Shown: positions 1 through 9,464, counted from the first letter of the whole stretch. The stretch: DNA of 63,059 nucleotides, filler included, from 7 parts of 7 records of this genome joined end to end with filler, not necessarily neighbours in it, one strand, 5' to 3'. Translations and numbers: made by a program. The notes: a model not told the origin generated them from the sequence alone.

Positions 1-597
1 CCCTGGAACATGATGCAGAGCTGGGGCGTGCCTTCCATCAATCTCCACGCCAAAGCAAATGAATATGCGGGCATGCTGGCCGCCAAGGGACAATATGTCG
101 TGGATATGTCCTTTGCCGGCGGCTTTGCCCTGGAAGACCACATCTTCAAGGCCCTGGCGCTGGGCGCTCCCTATACAAAACTGGTCTGTATGGGAAGAGG
201 CATCATGATTCCGGGCTTTGTGGGTGCCAACATTCAGGGTGCTCTCCAACCTGAAAAACGTGCTGAAGTGAACGGTCACTGGTCTGAACTGCCCAAATCC
301 GTCCGACAGGTGGGCAGCACCGCCAAGGAAATCTTTGCCGGATATTTTGACGTACAGAAAAAGGTGGGCAAAGATGAAATGAAAAACATCCCCTACGGCG
401 CCATCGCTTTCTGCACCCTGGCGGACAAACTCGGGTGCGGATTGCAGCAATTGATGGCCGGGGCCAGAAGATTTTCCCTGAACAAAATTGCCCGCAGCGA
501 CCTCATGAGCGGCAACCGGGAAACCGCCAGGGAGACCGGAATCCCCCACGTGGCGGATGTAAACGACGAAAGCGCCCGGAAAATACTTAGCAGCTAA
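1..597 (+). CDS. FMN-binding glutamate synthase family protein, C-terminal part (5' truncated)
   Basis: Open from the window start; AGG...IFKALALGA...CMGR motif typical of the GltS FMN barrel end. Confidence 0.75.
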   Translation, partial: PWNMMQSWGVPSINLHAKANEYAGMLAAKGQYVVDMSFAGGFALEDHIFKALALGAPYTKLVCMGRGIMIPGFVGANIQGALQPEKRAEVNGHWSELPKSVRQVGSTAKEIFAGYFDVQKKVGKDEMKNIPYGAIAFCTLADKLGCGLQQLMAGARRFSLNKIARSDLMSGNRETARETGIPHVADVNDESARKILSS

Positions 598-643
598 CAG
601 CCTTTTCAGCTGATAGACTGATATTCCAGCCCATATAACCAAA

Positions 644-681
644 AAGGCCCTCAGACGCCTTGAAAACCGTCTGAGGGCCTT
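644..681. terminator. Bidirectional intrinsic terminator between convergent genes
   Basis: Perfect 14-bp inverted repeat AAGGCCCTCAGACG / CGTCTGAGGGCCTT, preceded by an A-run. Confidence 0.8.
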
Positions 682-1978
682 ATTTAATTTTAATCCAGAG
701 AATTTTAGCGGCCCCCGGCCCCGGGTTTTTCCAATGGGACGGTATGTGACTGGTCAGATAGATAACATCGCCGGAACGGACCGAATAGGCACCCTTCCCC
801 ACTTTCAACTGCAGTTTGCCCGTCAAGACATAACCCATCTCTTCCCCTTTGTGGATGAAAAAATGTGACGGTAAGGTCTTTCGGGGCGGAATCTCCATAA
901 GATAGGGTTCCGCCTTGCCGTCGAAATCCAAAGACGTCAACAGTTTTGCGCTGACACTATCCCCGGGCAATTCCGGAAATTTGACATCAACCGCTCCCTT
1001 CCCAGGGAAAACAACCTGACGTCTCACCGCCGATGTCTCCTGAAAAAATGAACCGATTTCAACTGAGAGGACCTCCGCCATTTTAAGGAGCGCCGGCAAA
1101 GAAGGATATATGAGTCTGCTCTCAACCTGGCTGATGGTACTGGGCGTTACCCCCACCAGCTTGGCCAGTTCCGTTTGGGACAGCCCTCGCTTCATACGAA
1201 GTTCCTTAAGGCGCATGCCCAGATCAATCCGGCCTGTGGTATGCTTTTCAGTTTCAAAGCTCACCGTCAGATCTTTTACCCAATATGGGTGCGGTTTGTT
1301 CTGATTTTCAAGGCTTCGTTTCTCGGCTTTCAGTATGGTGAGGGATGTGGTACCCCGTTTAACCGAAAGGTCTATGGCCACCTGGGCAATCTGATTGATC
1401 TGGGCCCTAAGGCGTGTGGAATGCGCTTTCTTTTCCATTATCCAGTACGCAATGGTATTGAGTTCGTACAGACGAGGGCAGGAATGGGAATAAAAACGTA
1501 TGATATGGTCCTCACCTCCCCACAGCTCCTGCATACCGGTGAGACTTTCAAAGACAAATCGAACATCCCCTTCCAAATCACCATGGACTCCGTAAAAAGA
1601 ATCCGTCACCTTATTAACCTCCCAGGGCTCATCCACGCAAATGATCCGGCATGGCCACCGGGAAGACCCTTCATCATAAAAATTCAGAAACACATCAGAA
1701 CCGGCACCCTTGCCATAGGTAAAACAATCCAGGATAATCATGTGTTCGCTTTCAACCAAAGGACCCAATTTTTCCAGCAGATTTCGGGGGGAGCGATCAA
1801 AACTTACGTAAATCAGAGGCTTTTCCTGGGATATGGATGCCTGTATGAAATTTAAGCAGAACACCGAAGCCAAACTACCGGCATCATCATGCCAAACCAC
1901 ATTGTCGCCGATGTAAAGTCCTCCCAAAAGCCGGTCCAGTTGACTGACCCCTGATGCTATTCTCAATTTGTACGCCAT
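680..1978 (-). CDS. Transcriptional regulator: degenerate KaiC/RecA-like N-terminal domain + XRE HTH + cupin
   Basis: IASGVSQLDRLLGG start (KaiC-like); HTH LSQTELAKLVGVTPSTISQVE; cupin HKGEEMGYVLTG; ATG at 1978 follows GAGGG. Confidence 0.8.
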   Translation of the reverse strand: MAYKLRIASGVSQLDRLLGGLYIGDNVVWHDDAGSLASVFCLNFIQASISQEKPLIYVSFDRSPRNLLEKLGPLVESEHMIILDCFTYGKGAGSDVFLNFYDEGSSRWPCRIICVDEPWEVNKVTDSFYGVHGDLEGDVRFVFESLTGMQELWGGEDHIIRFYSHSCPRLYELNTIAYWIMEKKAHSTRLRAQINQIAQVAIDLSVKRGTTSLTILKAEKRSLENQNKPHPYWVKDLTVSFETEKHTTGRIDLGMRLKELRMKRGLSQTELAKLVGVTPSTISQVESRLIYPSLPALLKMAEVLSVEIGSFFQETSAVRRQVVFPGKGAVDVKFPELPGDSVSAKLLTSLDFDGKAEPYLMEIPPRKTLPSHFFIHKGEEMGYVLTGKLQLKVGKGAYSVRSGDVIYLTSHIPSHWKNPGPGAAKILWIKIK

Positions 1979-2219
1979 GTTTTCCCTCATAAATCCCACT
2001 CTCTTTAACTGAAGATAGTATCCCTCGAAATTTGGAGGTTAAAATGGTTATTCCCATAAGTCAACATCCGTAAACGGGTTTCGGGACGGACCCATTGCCT
2101 TTTCCCATGACGGATGATATTTATTAAGGTCAAAAGATAATCAGTTTAATCTTTAATGGGGTGCATCCCCCTCCCGGCAGGGGAAGCCCCTTGAGAGAAA
2201 GAAAGCGGAGCGTTTTGTC

Positions 2220-3089
2220 ATGTTGAATTTCCAGAAGCTAACCATCGAACATTTCGTCAATGAATTGGAGAGGGTATACCATCGTAACTACAGTAATATT
2301 GAACCCGGATTCGGGAACCTGATTAAATGGTCGGGTCGGCTTGCCCTTGAAAATATCGCCAACTCCGATGCCCTCTACCACGATCTTTACCATACCGTAA
2401 TGGTAACACTTGCGGGCCAGACCATTCTGGAAGGCAAACACCTCCGCGAAGGGGGCATAACACCCAGGGATTGGCTTCATTCCATCATCGCATTTCTCTT
2501 CCATGATATCGGATATGTTAGGGGTGTATGTAGAAATGACACCGACACCCGATTCGCAACGGGCGTGGGCGATGAAACCATTGAAATTCCCAAAGGCGGA
2601 ACCGATGTGGCCCTCACCCCCTATCACGTTGATCGCAGTCAGCTTTTTGTGAGGGAACGTTTCGGCGGCAAACTCATTAATGAGTTGGAACGGATAATCG
2701 ATGCGGATGTCATCGCTTCCTATATAGAAATGACGCGTTTTCCCGTACCGGATGATGATCTGCACCGGGATACCAAAGGTTACGCCGGGATCGTTCGGGC
2801 AGCGGACTTCATCGGCCAAATGGGGGATCCGGATTATCCGCGTAAAACCCCGGCCCTTTACTATGAGTTTGATGAGTTGGGCATCAATGAAGAACTGGGT
2901 TACAAAAGGCCCGGGGATCTGCGTAAAAATTACGCCAGATTCTATTGGGACGTGGTCAGCCCCCTTATCCAGGACGCGCTAAGGTACCTGCGTTTAACCC
3001 AGGACGGAAAGCAATGGATTTCAACCCTTTATGCCCATGTGTTCACATCGGAACACATAGGAGGGGGAACAAGGGAATTAGACCGTTAA
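2220..3089 (+). CDS. HD-domain metal-dependent phosphohydrolase
   Basis: YHDLYHT...FHDIGY...AADFIGQ motifs; GGAG RBS. Confidence 0.8.
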   Translation: MLNFQKLTIEHFVNELERVYHRNYSNIEPGFGNLIKWSGRLALENIANSDALYHDLYHTVMVTLAGQTILEGKHLREGGITPRDWLHSIIAFLFHDIGYVRGVCRNDTDTRFATGVGDETIEIPKGGTDVALTPYHVDRSQLFVRERFGGKLINELERIIDADVIASYIEMTRFPVPDDDLHRDTKGYAGIVRAADFIGQMGDPDYPRKTPALYYEFDELGINEELGYKRPGDLRKNYARFYWDVVSPLIQDALRYLRLTQDGKQWISTLYAHVFTSEHIGGGTRELDR

Positions 3090-3991
3090 CCTGCCGTTTT
3101 AAGGGGTTTCATGTTGACCACATAGATTCCCAGACTCACCAGAATTAAAGAAATGGACACCTTCCATGTCAAGGGTTCATGGAGAAAAACCACGCAGGCA
3201 ATTGTGGCGAATACGGGGGTCAGAAAAGTGAAAGCGCTCAATCTGCTCACAGGGTATTCATGCACCAGATAAAACCAGAGAAGGTAGCTCACAAAAGCCA
3301 CAACGATCCCTTGAAAGACCACCGACAGAATAATCACGCCGTTCAGATGATCGATGGGGGTTTCTTTTAAAAAAATGCTGATCAAAAAAAGGATGGGAAT
3401 GGAAAAAAGCGTCTGATAAAAGAGGGTATGGTGAAAGGAAACGGGTCCCACCAGACGTCGCTTAATAAATATGGTGGTCAACGCCCATAGGGCTGCGGCG
3501 GAAAATGCGAGAAAATCGCCAATAAGGCCTGTCCAGGTCGGTGCGCCAAAATTTTTGCTGAGCAGAACAATGATGCCGATAAATGCCAGGATGAGTCCGG
3601 TGCTCTTATAGACCGTAAGGCGATCACCCTTCAGAAAAAAGTGTGCCCCCAAAGCGTGAAAAAAAGGTGTCGAGTACAAAAGGATCCACGCGGAAGATCC
3701 CGTGGTATACAACAGGGACGCATAAAGACAGGCAAATTCGGCCCCGAATAAAAACCCCACCACCACACCATCTAAAAGATTGGAGGGAAAAAGAGGGATC
3801 TTTTTCACCCTCATCCAGATCATCAGTGCCATGACGGCCATTAGGGAACGAACGCCGGCGCAAAAAACGGGGGCGATACCCTCATTGCTCACCTTGATGG
3901 CCACAGCGTTGAAACCCCACAGCATGCACAGGAACGTCAGGACCGCAACGGCCTTGAAATCAAGAGCCTCTTTCACGGTAGGAGAATTCAT
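3086..3991 (-). CDS. EamA/DMT family transporter
   Basis: About 10 hydrophobic segments; LWGFN and FLTPVFA motifs. Confidence 0.85.
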   Translation of the reverse strand: MNSPTVKEALDFKAVAVLTFLCMLWGFNAVAIKVSNEGIAPVFCAGVRSLMAVMALMIWMRVKKIPLFPSNLLDGVVVGFLFGAEFACLYASLLYTTGSSAWILLYSTPFFHALGAHFFLKGDRLTVYKSTGLILAFIGIIVLLSKNFGAPTWTGLIGDFLAFSAAALWALTTIFIKRRLVGPVSFHHTLFYQTLFSIPILFLISIFLKETPIDHLNGVIILSVVFQGIVVAFVSYLLWFYLVHEYPVSRLSAFTFLTPVFATIACVVFLHEPLTWKVSISLILVSLGIYVVNMKPLKTAG

Positions 3992-3997
3992 ACGACG

Positions 3998-4390
3998 CTA
4001 CTCCCACCGCCCGTCTTTTCTCCGCCTTAAATCCGTGTAGCCCACCCTGCCCTGATCATTGATGAATGAATTGAGCAGCCAGCTCACCACGCTGATAATA
4101 AGGCCGCCGAAAACCGCCGACCAGAATCCATGCACCACAAAGCCGGAGATAACGCCTGAAGCCATCTTGAGCAGAACCGCATTGATGATGAAGGTAAAAA
4201 AACCCAATGTGAGGATATTGATGGGAAGGGTCAAAATCAACAGAATGGGCCTGAAAAAAACGTTCAGGACCCCCAAAATGGCCGCCGCAAAAAAAGCGCT
4301 GACAAACCCGTTTACCTCAATGCCTTGAATAAGGTAGGAGGCCACCATTATCGCCGCCGTGAGAATTAACCACCTGACCAGAAGTCCCAT
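3998..4390 (-). CDS. YvlD-like 4-TM membrane protein (phage holin superfamily IV-like)
   Basis: RPILLILTLPINILTLGFFTFIINA signature; AAGGAG RBS. Confidence 0.8.
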   Translation of the reverse strand: MGLLVRWLILTAAIMVASYLIQGIEVNGFVSAFFAAAILGVLNVFFRPILLILTLPINILTLGFFTFIINAVLLKMASGVISGFVVHGFWSAVFGGLIISVVSWLLNSFINDQGRVGYTDLRRRKDGRWE

Positions 4391-4418
4391 GTCGTACTCC
4401 TTAAATCTTTAATGTCAT

Positions 4419-5081
4419 TTACGAACGCTCTTTCCCGGTACCGTGGGAACCCAGCGCATTACCGAGAGCGGCGCTGTGAAGTCTGCCTGCCAGATGGACG
4501 GGACTTTTGCCGTAAATGGGGTCCCATCCCGAAGGGTCCGCCGAACAGAAAAACTGAGCTTCCAGCCCCATACGCACCACCGCTTTATGCGGTTCCATTC
4601 CCGCAACCCGCTGGGCGGCTTCCCAGGTTGCCCCGCAGGGTGAACCCCGCAACACGCGAACCTGTTCAAGAATGCCATTTGCCAACACGACTTTGAACTC
4701 AGGGGAACCAAACCGTTCCCCAAAAGACCCCAGACACACCTGCCGGGGAAGGGCGCATCAGATGGGCGGCATCAAGACCCCATGGCGTTTTTCTTTTTTG
4801 CCGGAGGCCACTACCGGAACATTTTCTTTAATACAAAGGTCCGCCAGATCGTATGAAAGGTCCGGGTGCTTCAAAAAGTCCAGGACCAGATCCGCCCGAA
4901 TGGTATCCGGCAGATACATGCCGGTTTCATCAAGTATCAGCGGAAGAGACTGGTCGATATTGAAAACTTTGATATGACACAACCCCTTACCGTATTTTCC
5001 GATTCCCGCAATCTTTTTTAACCCGCTACCATTTTGCTGAAATACCAGAATTTTCTGCGGCATCATTTTCATCCTGTCCAT
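4419..5081 (-). CDS. DUF166-family probable selenoprotein (in-frame UGA at 4760-4758 read as Sec)
   Basis: ORFs 4758..5120 and 4419..4739 are in the same frame, joined by TGA-TGC-GCC-CTT-CCC-CGG-CAG; read-through gives PPI-U-C-ALP...RGSPCGATW...C; SECIS-like hairpin downstream; tRNA-Sec on the same contig. Start codon uncertain (5081, 5072 or 5063). Confidence 0.8.
4728..4748 (-). promoter_or_regulatory. Bacterial SECIS-like stem-loop
   Basis: mRNA CCCC-GGCA-[GGUG]-UGUC-U-GGGG begins 9 nt after the UGA; apical loop starts with G. Confidence 0.65.
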
Positions 5082-5232
5082 AAAGCACTGCACCTGCTTG
5101 GCGACATCAATATTTTTCAAATGGCCTTTGGCAAGCAGAGCGAATATGGTACTCTATAGCAGAACCCCTCAAGGCGCATCAATATAATAATGGTTTACCA
5201 CCCGCTCAAAAACGATGATGGGAGAACAATAT

Positions 5233-5994
5233 ATGAATTCTCAACTGAAAAAAGGCACGGAAATGATTCAAGATGCTGATAAAATCCTGGTATTCACCGG
5301 TGCAGGCCTCAGCACGGAATCGGGCATTCCGGATTTCAGGAGTCCGGGGGGTATCTGGGAAAAATATGACCCTTCGGACTTCTATTTCCAGAAAATCGTC
5401 TCCGACACAAAGGCCCGGGAAAAATACTGGGAAATGAGCAGTGCATTTTACGAAACAATGAAAAACGCCCAACCCAACACGGCACATCTGGCAGTGAAAG
5501 CCCTTGAGGGCGCGGGTAAGCTGTTGAGCATTGTAACCCAGAACATTGACCACCTGCACCACAAGGCCGGAAATCACCCGGACAATATTATTGAACTGCA
5601 CGGCACGGCCTTCTCGGTTTCATGCCTGGGCTGCCAAAAAACATATGATCGGGATGAAATTGAAAATCGTCTTGAAACCGGCATCAAGGCTCCGGCTTGC
5701 GATGTCTGTGGCGGTATCTTAAAGCCGGATACCATCTCCTTCGGTCAGTCCATGCCCGAGGAAAAAATGGCACGATCCATTCACCGGGCCGAAGAATGCG
5801 ATCTGTGCATGGTGCTGGGTTCTTCCCTGGTGGTTCAGCCGGCGGCTTTTGTGCCGGCCCATGCCGCAAGAAGCGGTGCTTTGTTGCTGATCATCAATCG
5901 GGATCCCACCCCCCTTGACGGTGAAGCCGATCTCGTCATCAACATGTCCGTATCCAAGGCACTCGAAAATATGGTAGGGGAATTTTTCACTTGA
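5233..5994 (+). CDS. cobB: Sir2-family NAD-dependent protein deacylase
   Basis: TGAGLSTESGIPDFR, TQNID, ELHG, CxxC...CxxC, GSSL motifs. Confidence 0.9.
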   Translation: MNSQLKKGTEMIQDADKILVFTGAGLSTESGIPDFRSPGGIWEKYDPSDFYFQKIVSDTKAREKYWEMSSAFYETMKNAQPNTAHLAVKALEGAGKLLSIVTQNIDHLHHKAGNHPDNIIELHGTAFSVSCLGCQKTYDRDEIENRLETGIKAPACDVCGGILKPDTISFGQSMPEEKMARSIHRAEECDLCMVLGSSLVVQPAAFVPAHAARSGALLLIINRDPTPLDGEADLVINMSVSKALENMVGEFFT

Positions 5995-6058
5995 AAAATG
6001 AACACCATTAAACAATGATATCCCATGGAACAGAGGAAAGCACTTTAAGGAGGATTTT

Positions 6059-7174
6059 ATGTTACGAATCGGTTTTGTGGGTTGGCGCGGCATGGTGGGT
6101 TCCGTTCTCATGGGTCGCATGCGGGAGTCAGACGATTTCAAGGGGTTTGAACCCATATTTTTCAGTACGTCCAATGTGGGCGGCAAGAGCCCGGAAACAG
6201 GCCTCGAGGCACCCCCCTTAAAGGATGCCTATGATGTTGGGAGCCTCTCCTCCCTGGATGTCATTGTAACCTGCCAGGGCGGCGGCTACACCCAGAGGGT
6301 CCATCCGGAACTCATGAAAAACGGCTGGAAAGGCTACTGGATTGATTCGGCTTCAACCCTCAGGCTCAATGATGACAGCATTATCGTTCTTGATCCGGTC
6401 AATCGAGCCGTCATCGACGACGGGCTGCGCACCGGCATCAAAACCTTTGTGGGGGGCAACTGCACGGTCAGCCTCATGCTCATGGCCTTGTCAGGACTCT
6501 TTGCGGAAAACCGTATCGAGTGGATTTCAGCCATGACTTACCAGGCTGCTTCGGGTGGGGGCGCCAAAAACATGAAAGAACTCATCGCTCAGATGGGGAT
6601 ACTGGGGAATGTGGCCAAAAACCTGGTGGACGACCCCAAATCCTCGGCAATTGTGGTGGATGAGATGGTCACCGCGGCCATGCGGGATACCGCTTTTCCC
6701 ACGGAAAACTTCCTGGCACCCCTGGCCGGAAGCCTTCTGCCGTGGATTGATATCCCCATGGAATCGGGACAGACCCGGGAAGAATGGAAGGGCTCCGTGG
6801 AGACCAATAAGATACTTGGAACCGAAAGGCCCATACCCATCGACGGCGTGTGCGTGCGCGTGGGTGCCATGCGATGTCACAGCCAGGGCCTCACCATTAA
6901 ACTGAAAAAAGACCTGCCCATGGACGAAATTGAGGAAATCATCCAAAAGGGAAACGGCTGGGTCACCCTGGTTCCCAATGATAAAGCATCAACCCTTGAA
7001 AAACTGACGCCCGCAGCGGTAAACGGGACCCTCCATGTGCCGGTGGGAAGGCTTCGGAAAATGCTGATGGGACCGGAATACCTGGCCGCCTTCACCGTGG
7101 GGGATCAGCTCCTATGGGGGGCCGCTGAACCGGTCAGGAGGATCCTGAACATCATTATGGAACACATTTCCTGA
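6059..7174 (+). CDS. asd: Aspartate-semialdehyde dehydrogenase (gammaproteobacterial type)
   Basis: [33 protein letters not shown]. Confidence 0.95.
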   Translation: MLRIGFVGWRGMVGSVLMGRMRESDDFKGFEPIFFSTSNVGGKSPETGLEAPPLKDAYDVGSLSSLDVIVTCQGGGYTQRVHPELMKNGWKGYWIDSASTLRLNDDSIIVLDPVNRAVIDDGLRTGIKTFVGGNCTVSLMLMALSGLFAENRIEWISAMTYQAASGGGAKNMKELIAQMGILGNVAKNLVDDPKSSAIVVDEMVTAAMRDTAFPTENFLAPLAGSLLPWIDIPMESGQTREEWKGSVETNKILGTERPIPIDGVCVRVGAMRCHSQGLTIKLKKDLPMDEIEEIIQKGNGWVTLVPNDKASTLEKLTPAAVNGTLHVPVGRLRKMLMGPEYLAAFTVGDQLLWGAAEPVRRILNIIMEHIS

Positions 7175-7222
7175 AATTTAAGGATTCAGGGTTTTCATCC
7201 GCAAAGAAACACACGCTATACA

Positions 7223-7251
7223 TTGACAAAAAAAGCGACCATCGTTATGAT
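7223..7251 (+). promoter_or_regulatory. Sigma70 promoter of tRNA-Sec
   Basis: TTGACA-17 nt-TATGAT, 17 nt upstream of the tRNA. Confidence 0.75.
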
Positions 7252-7268
7252 GGTGAAATTATTTCCGT

Positions 7269-7364
7269 GGAAGTGGTAAGCTCACTGGTGGGGCTCCCGG
7301 ACTTCAAATCCGGTGTAACGGGCTAAAACCTCGTTAGGTGGGTTCGATTCCCATGCACTTCCGC
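7269..7364 (+). tRNA. selC: tRNA-Sec (anticodon UCA); 3' end cut by the contig break
   Basis: GGAAGTG/CACTTCC acceptor stem; CCGGA-CTTCAAA-TCCGG anticodon arm (TCA at 7304-7306); long variable arm; GTGGG-TTCGATT-CCCAT T-arm. Confidence 0.92.
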
Positions 7365-7464
7365 NNNNNNNNNNNNNNNNNNNNNNNNNNNNNNNNNNNN
7401 NNNNNNNNTTAATTAATTAANNNNNNNNNNNNNNNNNNNNNNNNNNNNNNNNNNNNNNNNNNNN
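7365..7464. other. Artificial contig spacer
   Basis: N44-TTAATTAATTAA-N44 (stops in all six frames). Confidence 0.98.
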
Positions 7465-7465
7465 T

Positions 7466-7510
7466 GGCCGTACAGTTGGTGCTGGTGTTGTAGCTAAAGT
7501 TATTGCTTAA
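7466..7510 (+). CDS. tuf: Elongation factor Tu, C-terminal fragment
   Basis: Translates to GRTVGAGVVAKVIA*. Confidence 0.9.
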   Translation, partial: GRTVGAGVVAKVIA

Positions 7511-7541
7511 TAGCAATTCTTTACTGCGAATCTCGCATTAG

Positions 7542-7568
7542 AAAAGGGAAGCTTCGGCTTCCCTTTTT
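7542..7568 (+). terminator. Intrinsic terminator after tuf
   Basis: AAAAGGGAAGC-TTCG-GCTTCCCTTTTT. Confidence 0.9.
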
Positions 7569-7741
7569 GCATTTTGGTTATAAGAAAAATAGGTTTTCAG
7601 GTGAGGAGAAAACGGTAACTGGTCTTTTAAAACATAGTCTTAAGATGACAGGTGTCTTGGTGAATCCTTGTAACTATTCTTAGCTTCCAAAACACTGCTC
7701 TTTTTATAACTAATCGATCTGAAAACGATACAAAACTTACT

Positions 7742-7760
7742 GGTAATAAGAACGATTCTT
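7742..7760. promoter_or_regulatory. Putative Fur box upstream of bfd
   Basis: GGTAATAAGAACGATTCTT matches GATAATGATAATCATTATC at 12/19 positions; bfd is typically Fur-repressed. Confidence 0.5.
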
Positions 7761-7798
7761 TTTTATATTTCGTTCAAGGTCGTTAATAAGGTTGTTGT

Positions 7799-7987
7799 AT
7801 GTACGTTTGTTTGTGTCACGGTATTTCCGATAAAAAAATCAAAAAACTCGCGATTGATGAGGGAATCACTGACATCCGTGGGATCAGACAGTGCACGCCA
7901 TTAGGTTCACAGTGTGGTAAGTGCGTACGTCAGGCAAAAGAAATTTTGAGTCAAGTTGAAGTCGTTCAACTGAAACAAGCGAGTTAA
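7799..7987 (+). CDS. bfd: Bacterioferritin-associated ferredoxin
   Basis: MYVCLCHG...CGKC; directly upstream of bfr. Confidence 0.95.
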   Translation: MYVCLCHGISDKKIKKLAIDEGITDIRGIRQCTPLGSQCGKCVRQAKEILSQVEVVQLKQAS

Positions 7988-8091
7988 TAGCGACCAGTTT
8001 AGTCGTGATAATGCGCGACTAAATACAGTACTTTTTTGACACTCTCTCATTTGGTTCTACAGTTATAAGAGCCAAAGAGGAGGGCTTTGTC

Positions 8092-8568
8092 ATGAAAGGC
8101 GATCCAATAATAATCCAACATCTCAACAAAATACTGGGCAATGAGCTTGTCGCAATTAACCAATACTTTCTCCACGCACGGATGTATAAGGATTGGGGGC
8201 TTAAACATCTCGCAGATAAGGAGTATCACGAATCTATCGACGAGATGAAACATGCTGACCATCTTATTGAACGCATTCTTTTCTTAGAAGGTTTACCGAA
8301 CCTGCAAGATCTCGGTAAATTGATGATTGGTGAAGACACCCAAGAAATGCTTGAATGCGATCTTAAGCTAGAGATGGCTGCAATCCCAGATCTCAAAGAT
8401 GCTATCGCATACGCCGAAGACATCCGTGATTATGTTTCACGCGATCTTTTTCAAGATATTCTCGAAGATGAAGAAGAGCATGTCGATTGGCTGGAAACTC
8501 AGCTTGGTCTGATTGAAAAGACAGGGATCGAAAACTACCTTCAAGCGCAGTTCGTTGACGAAGATTAA
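8092..8568 (+). CDS. bfr: Bacterioferritin
   Basis: [29 protein letters not shown]. Confidence 0.97.
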   Translation: MKGDPIIIQHLNKILGNELVAINQYFLHARMYKDWGLKHLADKEYHESIDEMKHADHLIERILFLEGLPNLQDLGKLMIGEDTQEMLECDLKLEMAAIPDLKDAIAYAEDIRDYVSRDLFQDILEDEEEHVDWLETQLGLIEKTGIENYLQAQFVDED

Positions 8569-8628
8569 CCTTTCTATCGCTGGTGATCGTCTACGATCAT
8601 CAGCTCTCATCCTCCCCAATAATTTCCC

Positions 8629-8657
8629 TTGCTAACTCTGCTGACATTCTGTACTAT
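8629..8657 (+). promoter_or_regulatory. Sigma70 promoter of the rpsF operon
   Basis: TTGCTA-17 nt-TACTAT. Confidence 0.6.
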
Positions 8658-8691
8658 TCGTGCTCCTTTATTCTCGGTCAATTATCATTAG

Positions 8692-8749
8692 TTCCTTGCT
8701 TCCTGTGGATGACCGGGCCAACTTTGGAAGCTAATAATCCGTAAGGAGC
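8692..8749 (+). ncRNA. S6:S18 ribosomal protein leader
   Basis: TTCCTTGCTTCC pairs with GGAAGC...GTAAGGAG, sequestering the RBS; CCG in the internal loop. Confidence 0.65.
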
Positions 8750-8754
8750 AATAA

Positions 8755-9141
8755 ATGCGTCATTACGAAATCGTATTCATGGTGCACCCTGATCAAAGCG
8801 AGCAAGTTGCTGGCATGATCGAGCGTTACACTGGTTCTATCACTGAAGCTGGCGGTCAAGTACACCGTCTAGAAGATTGGGGTCGTCGTCAAATGGCTTA
8901 CCCAATCAACAAGCTACACAAAGCTCACTACGTTCTTATGAACGTTGAAGCTGACCAAGCTGTTATTGATGAACTAGAAACTGCTTTCCGTTTCAACGAT
9001 GCAGTTCTACGTAACATGATCATGCGTACTAAATCAGCTATCACTGAAGCTTCAATCATGCTTAAAGCGAAAGAAGAACGTGCAGAACGTGCTCCTCGTC
9101 GTGAAGAACAGCGTGAAGAGAAATCAGAAGCTGCTGAGTAA
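8755..9141 (+). CDS. rpsF: 30S ribosomal protein S6
   Basis: [18 protein letters not shown]. Confidence 0.98.
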   Translation: MRHYEIVFMVHPDQSEQVAGMIERYTGSITEAGGQVHRLEDWGRRQMAYPINKLHKAHYVLMNVEADQAVIDELETAFRFNDAVLRNMIMRTKSAITEASIMLKAKEERAERAPRREEQREEKSEAAE

Positions 9142-9149
9142 TTTGATTG

Positions 9150-9452
9150 ATGACCAATCGAATGGAGTTGAGTGGCTCTGTCGCTAAACCTCCTGTTCGA
9201 AGCCAAAGCCCTTCGGGTGTTGCACATTGCCATTTTTGGCTTGAGCATCGCTCAACGGTAGTTGAAGCTAACCTCCCTCGGCAAGTTTATTGTCGAATAC
9301 CAGTGGTGGTGAGTGGGCAAAGGTCACAAGAGTTAACTCAAAGTTTAGTACAAGGCAGTAGTATTCAGGTAAGTGGTTTTGTTGCTTATCAAACCGGCCG
9401 AAATGGTTTGGGAAAGTTAGTACTACATGCTGACAACATTATTCATATTTAG
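9150..9452 (+). CDS. priB: Primosomal replication protein N
   Basis: MTNRMELSG...[10 protein letters not shown]; lies between rpsF and rpsR. Confidence 0.95.
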   Translation: MTNRMELSGSVAKPPVRSQSPSGVAHCHFWLEHRSTVVEANLPRQVYCRIPVVVSGQRSQELTQSLVQGSSIQVSGFVAYQTGRNGLGKLVLHADNIIHI

Positions 9453-9464
9453 ATCAGGAGATAG

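Noticed and set aside
3998-4390. Holin-like gene as a sign of a prophage
   Set aside because: The YvlD-like family is commonly chromosomal, and no phage genes are nearby.
7409-7420. TTAATTAATTAA repeated six times in the window
   Set aside because: Always flanked by 44 Ns on each side; a synthetic six-frame-stop linker, not a biological repeat or CRISPR.
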